This document shows, one piece after another, positions 1 through 11,631 of a stretch of DNA of 33,897 nt. Each line of letters begins with the position of its first letter. Positions within the stretch are counted from its first letter, which is position 1. Below the pieces are notes generated by a model. That model ran no database searches. It was not told the DNA's origin and saw only the letters and a list, made by a program, of their open reading frames with translations. Where the stretch lies: positions 190,392,247 to 190,426,143 of the forward strand of contig NC_068982.1 of assembly GCF_001194135.2 (NCBI RefSeq), written 5' to 3'. The position numbers and the translations under genes were made by a program. The stretch comes from Octopus bimaculoides. Lineage: Eukaryota.

Positions 1-97
1 CCCACTGCGTGGCACTTTTGGCAAGTGTCTTGTACTATTGCCTCGGGCTGACCAAAGCCTTGTGAGTGGATTTGGTAGACGGAAACTGAAAGAATCG

Positions 98-134
<37 letters not shown>

Positions 135-326
135 CCCAGTATAGCTTGACAACCGATGCTGGTGTGTTTACGTCCCCCGTAACTTAGCGGTTTGGCAAAA
201 GAGAACCGATAGAATAAGTACTAGGCTTGCAAAGAATAAGTCCTGGAGTTGATTTTCTAGACTAAAGGCGGTGCTCCAGCATGGCCGCAGTCAAATGACT
301 GAAACAAATAAAAGAATAAAAGAATA
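1..326 (+). mobile_element. tRNA-derived SINE, family 1 (5'-clipped by window edge)
   Basis: Starts just after the B box; CORE-like GGCAAGTGTCTT segment; internal (TA)n(TG)n; 3' module ending GGTGCTCCAGCATGGCCGCAGTCAAATGACTGAAAC-(AAAAGAAT)n. Homologous copies at 1064, 11081 and 17101. Confidence 0.9.
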
Positions 327-677
327 TATATAAGAGACTTGAGTATGTGTGAGGTGGGTCTGGGGTTTGTTAAGTGTCGGAGTAAAGGTGCGTTGAACCA
401 AAGCTGAAAGAAAATAGGGAATGGTAAAAACAAGATAATTGAGTGAGGATGGAGTTGGGAGGTGGTGGGGTGTTTAGGGAGTGTTTTATGAAGGGCATTT
501 GAAAGCGTTCTCCTCTTGAAAATTTGACCTTTGGTGGAAAATATAATGGTCAGATGTTTCTCAAATTCTTTTCTTATGGCTGAATCAAATATCTTAATTT
601 CATAAAGAGAAGCTTCAGTAAGTTTCTATGTTAAAGATGAGTTTTGTTGTGTGTCGTGGGNNNNNNNNNNNNNNNNN

Positions 678-1063
678 GGGGGGGGGGGGGTAATGAGGTG
701 TATCAAGGAGGAATATCAATTTTTTTGTGTTCAGTGGTGGTTTGTACTTTCTAATGAAGAATTCTTCTTTATAATTCCGGAAATGTTCGTTGTCTGACCA
801 TAACTTAATGAAGGGGGAGGTTGTGAATTTTCCCTTTCCGCATCATGCGAAGTGTTCACTGCAGCTGGTGTTTCTGACAGAGGTGTCTCTAATTTGTTGT
901 CTATGTACACGAACTCTGTCATGCAGTCCCGCTCCGGTTTCACCATTGTCGTATTCTTTACATTGTGGGCAAGTTGCACAGTAAATTAAGTTTTTCGTTT
1001 TGCAATTCATGTTTGCATTAACTTTGAAAACCTCATTGTTTTTAAAGGAGATTTGTTCACCAT
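678..1063 (-). mobile_element. Penelope-like element remnant, GIY-YIG endonuclease C-terminus
   Basis: Manual minus-strand translation: GEQISFKNNEVFKVNANMNCKTKNLIYCATCPQCKEYDNGETGAGLHDRVRVHRQQIRD...SEHFA*CGKGKF...KEEFFIRKYKPPLNT. LIY...CxxC...YxG-ETG...R...H...E...P.LN is the PLE GIY-YIG pattern. One in-frame stop at 843-845. Confidence 0.85.
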
Positions 1064-1434
1064 CTTGTTTCAGTCATTTGACGGCGGCCATGCTGGGGCA
1101 CCACCTTGAAGAATTTTAGTCGAACGAACCGACCCAAGTACTTTTTTTAAGCCCGCTACTTATTCTATCAGATTCTTTTACCGAACTGCTAAGTTAAAGG
1201 TATGTAAACACATCAACATCGGTTGTCAAGTAGTGGTGGGGAGACAAATACAGACACACACACACATACATATATATATACAGCGGGCTTCTTTCAGTTT
1301 CCATCCACCAAATCCACTCACACGTCATTGGTTAGCCCGAGGCTATGGTTGAAGACAATTGCCGAAGGTGTCACGCAATGGGACTGAACCCGGAACCATG
1401 TGGTTAGGAAGCAAGCTTTTTACCACACAGCCAC
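1064..1434 (-). mobile_element. SINE family 1, near full length
   Basis: A box (TGGCTGTGTGG), B box (GGTTCAGTCCC), internal microsatellite and 3' tail, all on the minus strand. Confidence 0.9.
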
Positions 1435-1444
1435 CCTAGTTGTG

Positions 1445-1735
1445 TAAGACTATTATTGTTGATGTTAGTGTTTCCTATCCGGTCGGTATGGAAGATGCTT
1501 ACAGCCGTTGGAGTGAGAACAAAAGAGCGAAGGGCGTCTGTGCACAGGAAGGGAGAGAACCTCTGCGAAAGAACCTCTTGTCGGTTATGGAGCAAGAGAG
1601 AGGAGTTAAGCTGGAAGCCAGGAGAAGATGACGAACAGTAATTTCTCCACCTCTGCTGACCCGCCACGGAGAGGGTCTTACGGTTCAGGGTCAAGACACC
1701 AGATGATTGTTAGATACCGTCTGATTATATCAGTT
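1445..1735 (+). mobile_element. HERO-clade (RLE-type) non-LTR retrotransposon 3' end
   Basis: ORF 1456-1641 FPIRSVWKMLTAVGVRTKERRASVHRKGENLCERTSCRLWSKREELSWKPG matches the HERO C-terminal pattern (..E.AE.AS.WLW.KR). Its 3' UTR aligns with that of the HERO copy at 22168-23378. Confidence 0.7.
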
Positions 1736-2320
1736 CCTCCTGGCCAATGTTTCATTCACTTTGGTGAGTGAAAAAGAAGCACCTTCTGCTAGATGTAATC
1801 AATAACAGTCTACAATCAATGATAAATCGTAATATTTCTTTGAAATCAGAAATATTACCATTTATCATTGACAGCACTTTTTACAACGGAAATAATCATA
1901 TGCTGTCGCTGTTATGGTAGAGCCGGAAGCTATTGTCACGAGAAGATTAAATTAATTAAAATTCATATGAAAGCAAGTTCTTTGTGTATCCTTTTGATTT
2001 ATTACGACTGAAAAGACTAGCCTCTGGTATACTTCATCTCTTTAAACCATGGCCATCCAAAGTTAATCTTTTTGAACGTAAAATGCTATCAGCTGAGAAA
2101 GTCTGCATTCTTCCAATTAACCGTTCATTATTTAACCTTTATTGAAAACAAACTCTAAGTGCGGCTCATAAAAAAGAGTGATATTGAATATTTGGCATAC
2201 AAACAATGCTACAAGGTTGCATTGTGTTGGAGCAGCTTTGTGACAGACACAAACTTGCATAATGTTTACGAGGATCAAAACAGATGTGATGTTAGTTTTA
2301 GTAAAGCTACAGATCTTGGT

Positions 2321-2678
2321 GAGATGCTTGCGTGGTATACTTAAAATTAGATGGCCCGAACGCATAAGAAATATGGAGCTATGGCAAAGAACGAATCAAG
2401 TATCGATTAGGGAGCAAATATTTAAGAAAAAGTGGAAGTGGTAGCACAATTAGAAAAGGCGCCAAATGTAGCGAAAAGTGCTTTACAGTAGAATCCGGAT
2501 AGATATAGAAAGAGGGGTAGGTCTAAGAACTCGTGGCGTAGATCAACACAAAAAGAACTAGAGAAAGGGGGACATTCATAGCAGAGTATAAATACAGAAG
2601 CGAAAAATTATGCAACATGGAATTCAATTATAAGTGGCCTATACTCCGCGTTGGAGGGTTAAATGGCAAGAAAAAAAA
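2321..2678 (+). mobile_element. RTE-clade LINE, 5'-truncated, with 12-bp target-site duplication
   Basis: RCLRGILKIRWPERIRNMELWQRTNQVSIREQIFKKKWKW...RKRGRSKNSWRRS is the RTE C-terminal region; A-rich tail; perfect TSD ACAGATCTTGGT at 2309-2320 and 2679-2690. Confidence 0.9.
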
Positions 2679-3052
2679 ACAGATCTTGGTATAGATAGGT
2701 ACTCAATGAGGGAAGTGGGTCGAATTGGCCAACGTTGAAGGCACAGCATTTCTTAGGTCTCGTCATTAGAAAACCGTAAGACGATGTCGAAGAGGATTCA
2801 GTTATTTTAATTAAATATCAACAGATGTCGTTAAAGGATGATAAATGATAACGAACTTGTTTTCCAGTTCAAATATGTTTGAGGCATAATCGAATCCGTA
2901 AGAAACCCATATTTGAAATGATAGCAAGTTTGTTTTTATACATATCACTAATTAGCGCTGTCAGCTCGCAATAAATAATAAATCCGGTTAAACCACGAAT
3001 TTGTTTATTTGTCAATTTCAAATTGATCAAACTGCCAATATGCAATATTTTT

Positions 3053-3568
3053 AAGCTGGCAGAATCGTTAGCGAGTCGGGAAAACGATTTACGGTATTCT
3101 TCCGGGTCTTTCCATTCTGAGTTCAAATCCTTCCGAAGCTGACTTTTCCTTTCTTCCTTTCCGAATCGATAAAATAAAGAACCAATAAAGTATTAACTTC
3201 TCCTTAAACTGCATCAAAAATATGAAAGGCGGTGAGCTGGCAGAATCGTTAGCATGCCACTAAGTTCTGAGTTCAAATTCCGCCGAAGTCGACTTTGCCT
3301 TTTATCCTTTCGGGTCGATGAATTAAGTACTAGTGAAACACAAGGGTCGATATAATCGACTAGTCCCTTCTCACAAAATTTCAGGCCTTGTGCCTTTAGT
3401 AGAAAAAAAAAAGGATTATTAAAAGCGGTGAGCTGACAGAATCGCTAGCATGCCGGATAAACTGCTACGTCAGCATTTCGTCCATCATTACGCCCTGAGT
3501 TCAAATTTCGCTGAGGTTAACTTTACCTTTTATTCTTTCGGACACTGGAGTCGATGCAATCGGCTTAT
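3053..3568 (+). mobile_element. Three tandem copies of tRNA-derived SINE family 2
   Basis: Repeated head (GGCGGTG)AGCTGGCAGAATCGTTAGC at 3053, 3226 and 3422; B box GAGTTCAAATTCC; shared GACTTTGCCTTTyATCCTTTCGG-TCGAT body. Confidence 0.85.
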
Positions 3569-3921
3569 NNNNNNNNNNNNNNNNNNNNNNNNNNNNNNNN
3601 NNNNNNNNNNNNNNNNNNNNNNNNNNNNNNNNNNNNNNNNNNNNNNNNNNNNNNNNNNNNNNNNNNNNNNNNNNNNNNNNNNNNNNNNNNNNNNNNNNNN
3701 NNNNNNNNNNNNNNNNNNNNNNNNNNNNNNNNNNNNNNNNNNNNNNNNNNNNNNNNNNNNNNNNNNNNNNNNNNNNNNNNNNNNNNNNNNNNNNNNNNNN
3801 NNNNNNNNNNNNNNNNNNNNNNNNNNNNNNNNNNNNNNNNNNNNNNNNNNNNNNNNNNNNNNNNNNNNNNNNNNNNNNNNNNNNNNNNNNNNNNNNNNNN
3901 NNNNNNNNNNNNNNNNNNNNN

Positions 3922-5360
3922 GTGGCAAAGTGCCAGAAAAATTATATTAATATTGGTGAATTTGAAAATTACAAAAATTCATTAAGTCGGGATGGATTTG
4001 ACGTTAAATTGCCTCCCCCTCCCGCCGCCGCAAGTGACGCTTAATGATATGAAAGAAAGAACAATTTTATACAAAACATTTTCAATAATTGAAGGAAAAT
4101 TGACGTCATGACCACGGGTTAAACAGAGAAAGCGTTAGGACCAATATGGCATGAAATTGTGTACCTTGCGAGAGGTACTAAGTTCGGAGTAGTGGAGGTG
4201 AGATTCAAGGACGCGGCAAAAGCAAAGAAACACGCAGCGAATACCATTAAGAGTGAGGAAGTGGTGCTTTTGCTCACATACCGTGGACAATGTTCGACCA
4301 GAGTTAGGGTGGAGGGAATTCCGCCAGAGATAGATGTGGCCTGGATAGCAGCCGCTGTCTTTCTGGGAAATGAGGACAACATAGCGGTTCTCGAGGCCAC
4401 AAAAACGCAAAGTGTTATACGGAAGGGACAGATAGTGGACATGATTATTCAAGGTTCAACCGAAACCCTAGAAAACATTACAGAAACAATAATTATGGAT
4501 GACGTGATAATGAGGGTCAGGGTGGAGGGCAGAATCCCTCGATGCTTTAAATGTGGTCTGAAGGGCCACATCAGAGCGGACTGTCTTTCACCGACGAAAA
4601 AGATGGAGGAGATCCAAGAGCCCCAGAAAGAGCATGAAAATAAGGAGGAAGAGAAAATATCAACAGAAGTAGAGAAGAAAGAAGCAGACAACGAATGGGA
4701 AACAATAGGAAAAATGAAAAAGAGAAAAGGAAAAAAATTAAGCCCCATAACCACCCAAAACCCACCCACACCCTCTTCGACACACCCTTCTTCCATAGAC
4801 ACCAAACCTTCCCATCCCCCTCTGACACAGAAAAATGTACAAACAGACAAGAACTCAAACTACCCCCACCCAGACAAAAAAAAAAAAACAGAAAAAAGAA
4901 AAAATGTCATGCAGTAATGTGTGATGACTCAAATGAAAAACTGTGTAAAGAAGTGTAATATTGAGAAGACTTTAAAATAGTTGGAACAACGAGTTTTGAC
5001 AACATAAAAGGATGGAACTGTTGCGCGTTGTGCTCGGATAAACAGAAAGAAAAAAATAACAAAATTTCAAAGTGGATATAGGTGTTGGAAGGTGAAATTG
5101 TATTGGGACGTATCACCACAGTATATGACATATGAAGAAGTGGTGGAAGAATTTGGAATCGATATTCCAGCGGGAACGAAGTTTAAAAGGTATAAATGAG
5201 GCTGCTATGAAGTGGGGCAGAGTGGCTTCATTCCATTTTTCATTTTACTTTCATGTCATTTTTTCATTTGTTGGTTCTAATCTTTTTTCTCTGTTTGTAT
5301 GTCCCCACAAGTTGTGTATTATCCCCCTCTATGTTCGCCCCGTAGTGGGTAATAAAAAAT
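3922..5360 (+). mobile_element. Non-LTR ORF1 (gag-like; RRM-like region plus CCHC zinc knuckle) followed directly by a 3' UTR and polyA signal; no ORF2
   Basis: Stop-free 4123-4917 with CFKCGLKGHIRADC (CX2CX4HX4C, 4543-4584). Frameshifted coding-like extensions from 3922 and to 5199. T-rich UTR and AATAAA at 5351. 5' end lost in gap. Confidence 0.8.
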
Positions 5361-5905
5361 TAGAATCATTACAACGCCGGACAAAATGCCTTGCGTCATT
5401 TCTTCCGACTGTACGTTCTGGGTTCAAGTCCCAAGTCCAGCCAAGGTCAACGTTACCTTTCATCATTCCGGGTTCTCAAGTACTGAGGTCGTTATGATCC
5501 CTCTCCTCCCGCCACAGATTTCTGGTCTTATATCAATACTAGAAACAAGTCTTCACAACAGATTGGAGGGGTGGGGACGGGCGGTGAGTCGGCTGAATTA
5601 ACAGAGTGTCCGATTAAGTATCTTGTGATATTGCTGCGGCTCATTACATTCCGTGATGAAATCCTTCCGTTTTCAACTTTGGTTTTCATCCCTCCGGAGT
5701 CCATAAAATAAAGTATAGAACTGAAGACAGTTTCATCGACTACGAACCTCTTTTAGAAGCAATTGTTTGCAGCAGGTAGGGTTAACCGTACGCAGAATCG
5801 GTAGAGCGCTGAGCGATCAGTAATGTTGTTTTCAATTACGTCTGTTTAGGTTCAAATCTAATTGGGTTTGTCTTTCATTTCCTAGGAGTGGTCAATTACA
5901 GTACC
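5361..5905 (+). mobile_element. Cluster of three degraded SINE family 2 copies
   Basis: Diverged AGAATCnTTA heads, GGTTCAA B boxes and CTTTCATC bodies near 5361, 5580 and 5785. Confidence 0.55.
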
Positions 5906-5916
5906 ACAAAGCTATA

Positions 5917-6035
5917 GAGCAACGTGAAATGATGCGTTTGGCGGAAGAACACAACACACCGCCTGATCAGAGAAACGAACCCGCGATCTGGTAATCGTAA
6001 GTACAACACCCAGGCACTTGGCCACGCGCCTTCAC
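5917..6035 (-). mobile_element. tRNA-derived SINE, family 3, 5' fragment
   Basis: Minus strand GAAGGCGCGTGGCCAAGTG (A box), GGGTTCGTTTC (B box), then TGTTGTGTTCTT...ATTTCACGTTGCTC. Confidence 0.65.
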
Positions 6036-6609
6036 CAGTAATTCGCTACTCCGGTAATGCATTCGGGATAAAGCGCAAATGCAACAGTACCCTATTTAAA
6101 TTTGTGGAACATTTTGTCTGATCAGAATAAATCTGTCTTCAGTCGGTTATTTGGACGAATAAGAGACAGAATGATAAATGGCTTCTGGTAAGATAAAGTG
6201 AATCTATGGCATGGAGACCAGATTCCTGTTTTGGGCCAATTATCTCTCGTGGACGTCGACAGCAACTTCCAATCGTTATAAATTAATTATCGTACAAAGA
6301 AATGGGTTTAACGTGATATCATGAAATCGCCGGATCTCTTCTTTCTGCTTTTCGCTCTTTTACAATGATAACAGAACTGACATTTACCATGACACATTAC
6401 TTGAACAGGAAGTGATCAGTGGTGATTCGATATGTATATCGGGTCTGGGTCATTTCAATCATTCAAACAGAAAATCAGTGAACCCACAATGCACTTTATG
6501 GATCAGGTGACGCGTTATCAATATGGTAGGACATGAGGACAATAATTAACACCTCGCCGGGGGTCTATGTTCACACACACACATTTACATACATACATAC
6601 CTAGATGCA

Positions 6610-6745
6610 TGCATAAATTATTCTTACACAAAACTATTATTGACAGTAACTTCGAAGTTTCGTCGGACGATGGCTTAGCTGGCCGAAGTTTCGAAGTCAC
6701 TATCAAAAATATTCTTGTTTAAGAATAATGAATTTGCATTCTACA
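6610..6745. mobile_element. Old palindromic MITE-like element
   Basis: TATTATTGACAGTAACTTCGAA pairs with TTCGAAGTCACTATCAAAAATA (3 mismatches), with degenerate outer extension. The right arm recurs at about 17737-17820. Confidence 0.55.
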
Positions 6746-6849
6746 AAAGTATAGTGTGACCCATCAGATTAAACGTAAAATTGTGTTTATCATTACTGGA
6801 CATAAAAACAAACATTAATACACACACACTCTCTAACACACACACACAC

Positions 6850-7081
6850 ATTGTTGTATTTGGGGATGGTCATGTTACCAGTTTAGCCAAGAAAAACACA
6901 CGCACTGTATATTTGGTGTTCACTTGCTTCAGCTGTATTTTATATTAAATGTATTAATATAAACACAAAATGCAAAATACAATTAATATAAAATAAAGCT
7001 GAAGCAAGTGAACACCAAATATATAGTGCGTGTGTTTTTATTGGCTAAACTGGTAACATGACCATCCCCAAATACAACAAT
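6850..7081. mobile_element. Fold-back (palindromic) element, about 106-bp arms
   Basis: 6850-6955 versus 6976-7081 reverse complement, about 4 mismatches, 20-nt loop. Confidence 0.85.
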
Positions 7082-7136
7082 ATTTGTTTCAACACACGAA
7101 TTCTCATCAAGAATCTTGCAAAAAGAATATATAAAC

Positions 7137-7173
<37 letters not shown>

Positions 7174-7937
7174 CTGTTATTTGCATTTGTATTTGTGTAC
7201 NNNNNNNNNNNNNNNNNNNNNNNNNNNNNNNNNNNNNNNNNNNNNNNNNNNNNNNNNNNNNNNNNNNNNNNNNNNNNNNNNNNNNNNNNNNNNNNNNNNN
7301 NNNNNNNNNNNNNNNNNNNNNNNNNNNNNNNNNNNNNNNNNNNNNNNNNNNNNNNNNNNNNNNNNNNNNNNNNNNNNNNNNNNNNNNNNNNNNNNNNNNN
7401 NNNNNNNNNNNNNNNNNNNNNNNNNNNNNNNNNNNNNNNNNNNNNNNNNNNNNNNNNNNNNNNNNNNNNNNNNNNNNNNNNNNNNNNNNNNNNNNNNNNN
7501 NNNNNNNNNNNNNNNNNNNNNNNNNNNNNNNNNNNNNNNNNNNNNNNNNNNNNNNNNNNNNNNNNNNNNNNNNNNNNNNNNNNNNNNNNNNNNNNNNNNN
7601 NNNNNNNNNNNNNNNNNNNNNNNNNNNNNNNNNNNNNNNNNNNNNNNNNNNNNNNNNNNNNNNNNNNNNNNNNNNNNNNNNNNNNNNNNNNNNNNNNNNN
7701 NNNNNNNNNNNNNNNNNNNNNNNNNNNNNNNNNNNNNNNNNNNNNNNNNNNNNNNNNNNNNNNNNNNNNNNNNNNNNNNNNNNNNNNNNNNNNNNNTATT
7801 CTTTATATAAAATTAAAAATCACTTTAATGATTTTATCAAGTGACCAGCGTGAAATATAAATCTTGTAGGTAACATTTTATAGGTAACATGATATAATTA
7901 TAATAATCTATATAATTATAAATTTAGTACACATCAC

Positions 7938-8052
7938 CATTTAACGTCCGTTTTCCATGCTGGCATGACTGGGACGGTTTGGCATGCGCTGGCCAGCCGA
8001 AGAGCTGCCCGGTTCCATGTCTGTTTTAGCATGGTTTCTACAGTTGGATACT
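7938..8052 (-). mobile_element. Fragment of an RTE-tail-type short repeat
   Basis: CATTTAACGTCCGTTTTCCATGCTGGCATG...TTTCTACAGTTGGAT resembles the reverse of RTE-related 3' tails. Family assignment is from memory. Confidence 0.45.
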
Positions 8053-8873
8053 CCCCCCCCCCTACACACACACATCCATTCATGCACCTATACAAACAAA
8101 TGGTTACATGACCTAAACACGGAACACATGAGAACGAAAGAAAAACTGCAATCCTAAGGTTCCCGGTTCTTCACTTGTCACCACACTTCGCTCATTAAAA
8201 ATGAAGAAGAAAAAAAAGCGACAACAAAAAACTCCGTCGAAAGGAAACTGTCAAAGAACACATGCTTCGCACTGCAATTTCCTGTACCTGTGCACATGCA
8301 TCTATTTAAATATTTAGTGAAGCTGAAGCATAGCTGATAATCAAATCCATTAGAATCCCGGAAATGCATATAGAAGCTACGGAAGACCAGTAGCGAATTA
8401 CAATAACATCATAAGACATGGAAGGCCAACCTAACAAAAAGTGTCCGTGTCATAAATAATAATGAACGAAAGCTGTTCACCTCAGTATAAAGTGATGGTT
8501 GTTGTTGATTTTATATCATTGTTGTTGTTGTTGCTGTTGTTGTTTCTATTGATAAAAGATATTTCGTTCTTATTTCGATTTTCATATTAACCTATATTGA
8601 GTCCAATGATTGCTTGGATTCGACATGCTATTTTAATTAACCATCAACGAGGTTTCCGGTAAAAATCTTGTTACAACAATGTAAAGGTTAGTTCAATGTT
8701 GCATAGGCACTATGTTTGTTTAGTCAACTCCGTGGTGTTTCATTTCTATAGAGACTGATTTGTAGAGACAAGGTATGATACGAAGGGTACCCTGTGCTCT
8801 ATCAGCGATGGAGCGGGTGGAATAGCGAGATTTTAATGTGCATGCCTTTCTGAAGAGATATAACTGGTAATCT

Positions 8874-8945
8874 GTCGGTTACAATGACGAGGATTCTAGT
8901 TGATCCAATCAATGGAACAGCCTGCTCGTGAAATTAACGTGCAAG
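8874..8945 (-). mobile_element. 3' fragment of SINE family 4
   Basis: Reverse complement of 12408-12479 (GCACGTTAATTTCACGAGCAGGCTGTTCC...GTAACCGAC). Confidence 0.8.
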
Positions 8946-8979
8946 GACAAACACAAACGTGCACGCACAAACTCACACG

Positions 8980-9032
<53 letters not shown>

Positions 9033-9034
<2 letters not shown>

Positions 9035-9195
9035 CGCATTTCTTTCAGTTTCCGTCAGTCAAATCCATCATGAGGTTTTGGTCAACCCAAAGCTATGGTA
9101 GAAGACATTTGCCCAAAGTGTCGCACAGTGGGGCTGACCCCAGAACCATGTGGTTGAGAAGCAAACTTCTTACCACACAGCCATGTCTGCGCTTA
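9033..9195 (-). mobile_element. SINE family 1, 5' module only
   Basis: A/B boxes plus CORE-like part, ending at the (CA)n array. Confidence 0.85.
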
Positions 9196-9907
9196 TAGTC
9201 CAGCATTCTAATATTTCCTCGCCGTCCATCAAGTTTATGAAGATAATGAGTGGGGTTTCATATTGATTAATTGATGAATTAATTGATAGAATGGTTGATT
9301 AGCTGATGGCAGCAGTTATGAGAAAGAAATTACGAAAAGAACGCTGGAACATTAATTTTAAAATGGTTGGTGATTCGTTTAGGGCTCCAGTTTAATTGTA
9401 ATTAGAAATATCTTTATACAAGAACGTAATCTTGTCTCGATACACGCACTATTCTTAACATTGTAACAGCTATTATGATGCCCTTTTATAGAATCTCCTT
9501 TAACGAGAAAGATTAGCTAATTGTTCCCTATAGATATCACAATAAGTATTAAGATTGTCCGCAGAGGATTATCTCTAATTATAAAATTACTCGTTGGTAC
9601 AATCATAGACATGTCCAGTATTAAATACATTTACAGTTCTTTCATTGTAATGAATGAAAAACAGAGAGAAGAGATCCGAGAGACTTAAAGAGATCGCATT
9701 AAACATTCTCCTTTTAGTCAGCCTCAACGACAGCTCGTTTTCATTGTTGTTATTGAATTTGCCGCTAATGAAGATAATATAATTAGGAGAATATTGACGT
9801 ATTTCAGCGCAAACGTATAAACCATAGACGGATTAAGGTTGACTGGTGTTTCTGTGTAACTGTAGTTAACATCATTTTATAGAAATATCTATCTCTGTCT
9901 ATCTATC

Positions 9908-9967
<60 letters not shown>

Positions 9968-10284
9968 CCTCAGTTTCTTTCCGCCTCTATTCATCTTTAT
10001 GTCTATTTATATGAAGCATAAACCTATTGTCCTCGCAACATTCATTGTATCAGCGTTCGCTTACAATGTTACTATTTACGTACGGTTTTAACAGACAAGA
10101 TTTATCTAATCCGACCGAGTCGTCTCACACACAAAGCTTTATTTCTTTCCGGGTTTTCTTTCTCGCAGCATCAATATTTTCCTTTAAAGTGTTTCATTTA
10201 AAATCGTGTAATGGCTTTGATCATGGATCGACTTACGCAGAACTGACTCGGGGCTGTGCACCGACAATGACCATAACGTCTGAT

Positions 10285-10397
10285 AATGGTTTCAAATGTT
10301 GGCACAAGGCCAGCAATTTTAGGAGGTGAGGGTCAGTCAATTACATCGATGCCAGTTTTCAACTGGTTCTTATATTATCTTGAAATTGAACTCAGAA
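10285..10397 (-). mobile_element. SINE family 2, 3' fragment
   Basis: GGCACAAGGCC...TCGAT...CTGG...GAACTCAGAA is the reverse of the family 2 body and tail. Confidence 0.65.
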
Positions 10398-10930
10398 GAT
10401 AAAAAACAGGAAGGGATGCTGTGAAGCACCCTAACAATTCTGACAGCCCGCCATCTTACAATCACGATTAATATGAAATATTTCGTTTATAAGGAAGGTT
10501 CATAAAAATTTATATATTATAGGCACATATTTGAGGAACCACGGAGGTCGAAAAGATAAATATCAATGAAGTTTAGAACACGGTTATTGCTACAAGCAAA
10601 CATCGTGAGCTGCATCCAGTGAAGGCCCACTCGACTAATTGATATTAAATCCCAAAGAGACACACTCCAGTCTCTGGACAGTCTCTTTGTCCCTTCTCAA
10701 TCTCTTCAACCACTATTGCTGTGGTCTCATATCTTCTCATATACACACTTGTCCTTCCACCTCTTGTCACTAGTTGTGTCCAATTTTTTCGTTTCTTTAT
10801 AAAACATTATGACCGTTTCCTTCTTCCCATCGACTTTCTCGAAGCTTCCTGTTCAGGTCTTTCCCGCAAGTGTTGAGCTACCACAGTTTCAACAAAACAC
10901 CAACAACAACAACCGCACAAGGCTCTAAGG

Positions 10931-11631
10931 CAATGCTTCTCAATCATTTTTAACCAATGGCCTCCTTGGATTCCTATTTTGCTCTGACGAAGCCTCCTGG
11001 TGATTTGATGTGTAAAAGAAATCATTATATTTTTATAATGAAATATTATTAGGAATTATATAACAAAAAAAGTTTCTTTAATTCTTTTATTCTTTTACTT
11101 GTTTCAGCCATTTGATTGCGGCCATGCTGGAGCACCGTCTTTAGTCGAACAAATCGACCCCAGGACTTATTCTTTGCAAGCCTAGTACTTATTCTATCGG
11201 TCTCTTATGTCGAACCGCTAGCTTATGGGAACATAAACACACCAACATCGGTTTTCAAGCGTTGGCGGGGGTGAGGACTGACACAGACAGACACACACAA
11301 ATGTATATATATATATATATATAGATAGATATAGATATATATATATATATATACGACGGGTTTCTTTCAGTTTTCGTTTACTAAATCCACTCACAAAGCT
11401 TTGGTCGGCCCGAGGCTATAGTAGAAGACAATCACCTAAGGTGCCACGCAGTGGGACTGAACCCGGAACCATGTGGTTGATAAGTAAGCTACTTAAGTTG
11501 TCAAAATATTTCGAGTATATAAATGTATATCCAATTTATTGCAGATGAATTTTAAAAATAAAATCTTACATGGAACAGTAAGGGCCATTCGGACCCTCGA
11601 GAGCTATACGGAGCCTGGTTGAGAAGCACTA
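10931..11631. mobile_element. hAT-like MITE interrupted by a SINE
   Basis: TIRs CAATGCTTCTCAATCA and GGTTGAGAAGCACTA; imperfect 8-bp TSD CTCTAAGG / CTTTAAGA (6/8). Confidence 0.7.
11081..11494 (-). mobile_element. SINE family 1, near full length, nested in the hAT MITE
   Basis: Complete tail, internal (TA)n and B box; extreme 5' end clipped. Confidence 0.9.

Noticed and set aside
1380-1434. tRNA-like A/B boxes here and at other SINE heads
   Set aside because: SINE heads; no cloverleaf or acceptor stem.
2868-2897. 30-nt exon-like segment (TTCCAG|...|GTAAGA)
   Set aside because: Only one frame is open, its phase does not fit the next candidates, and the -1/-2 donor bases are weak.
4101-4108. 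TGACGTCA CRE
   Set aside because: Isolated 8-mer inside retroelement ORF1.
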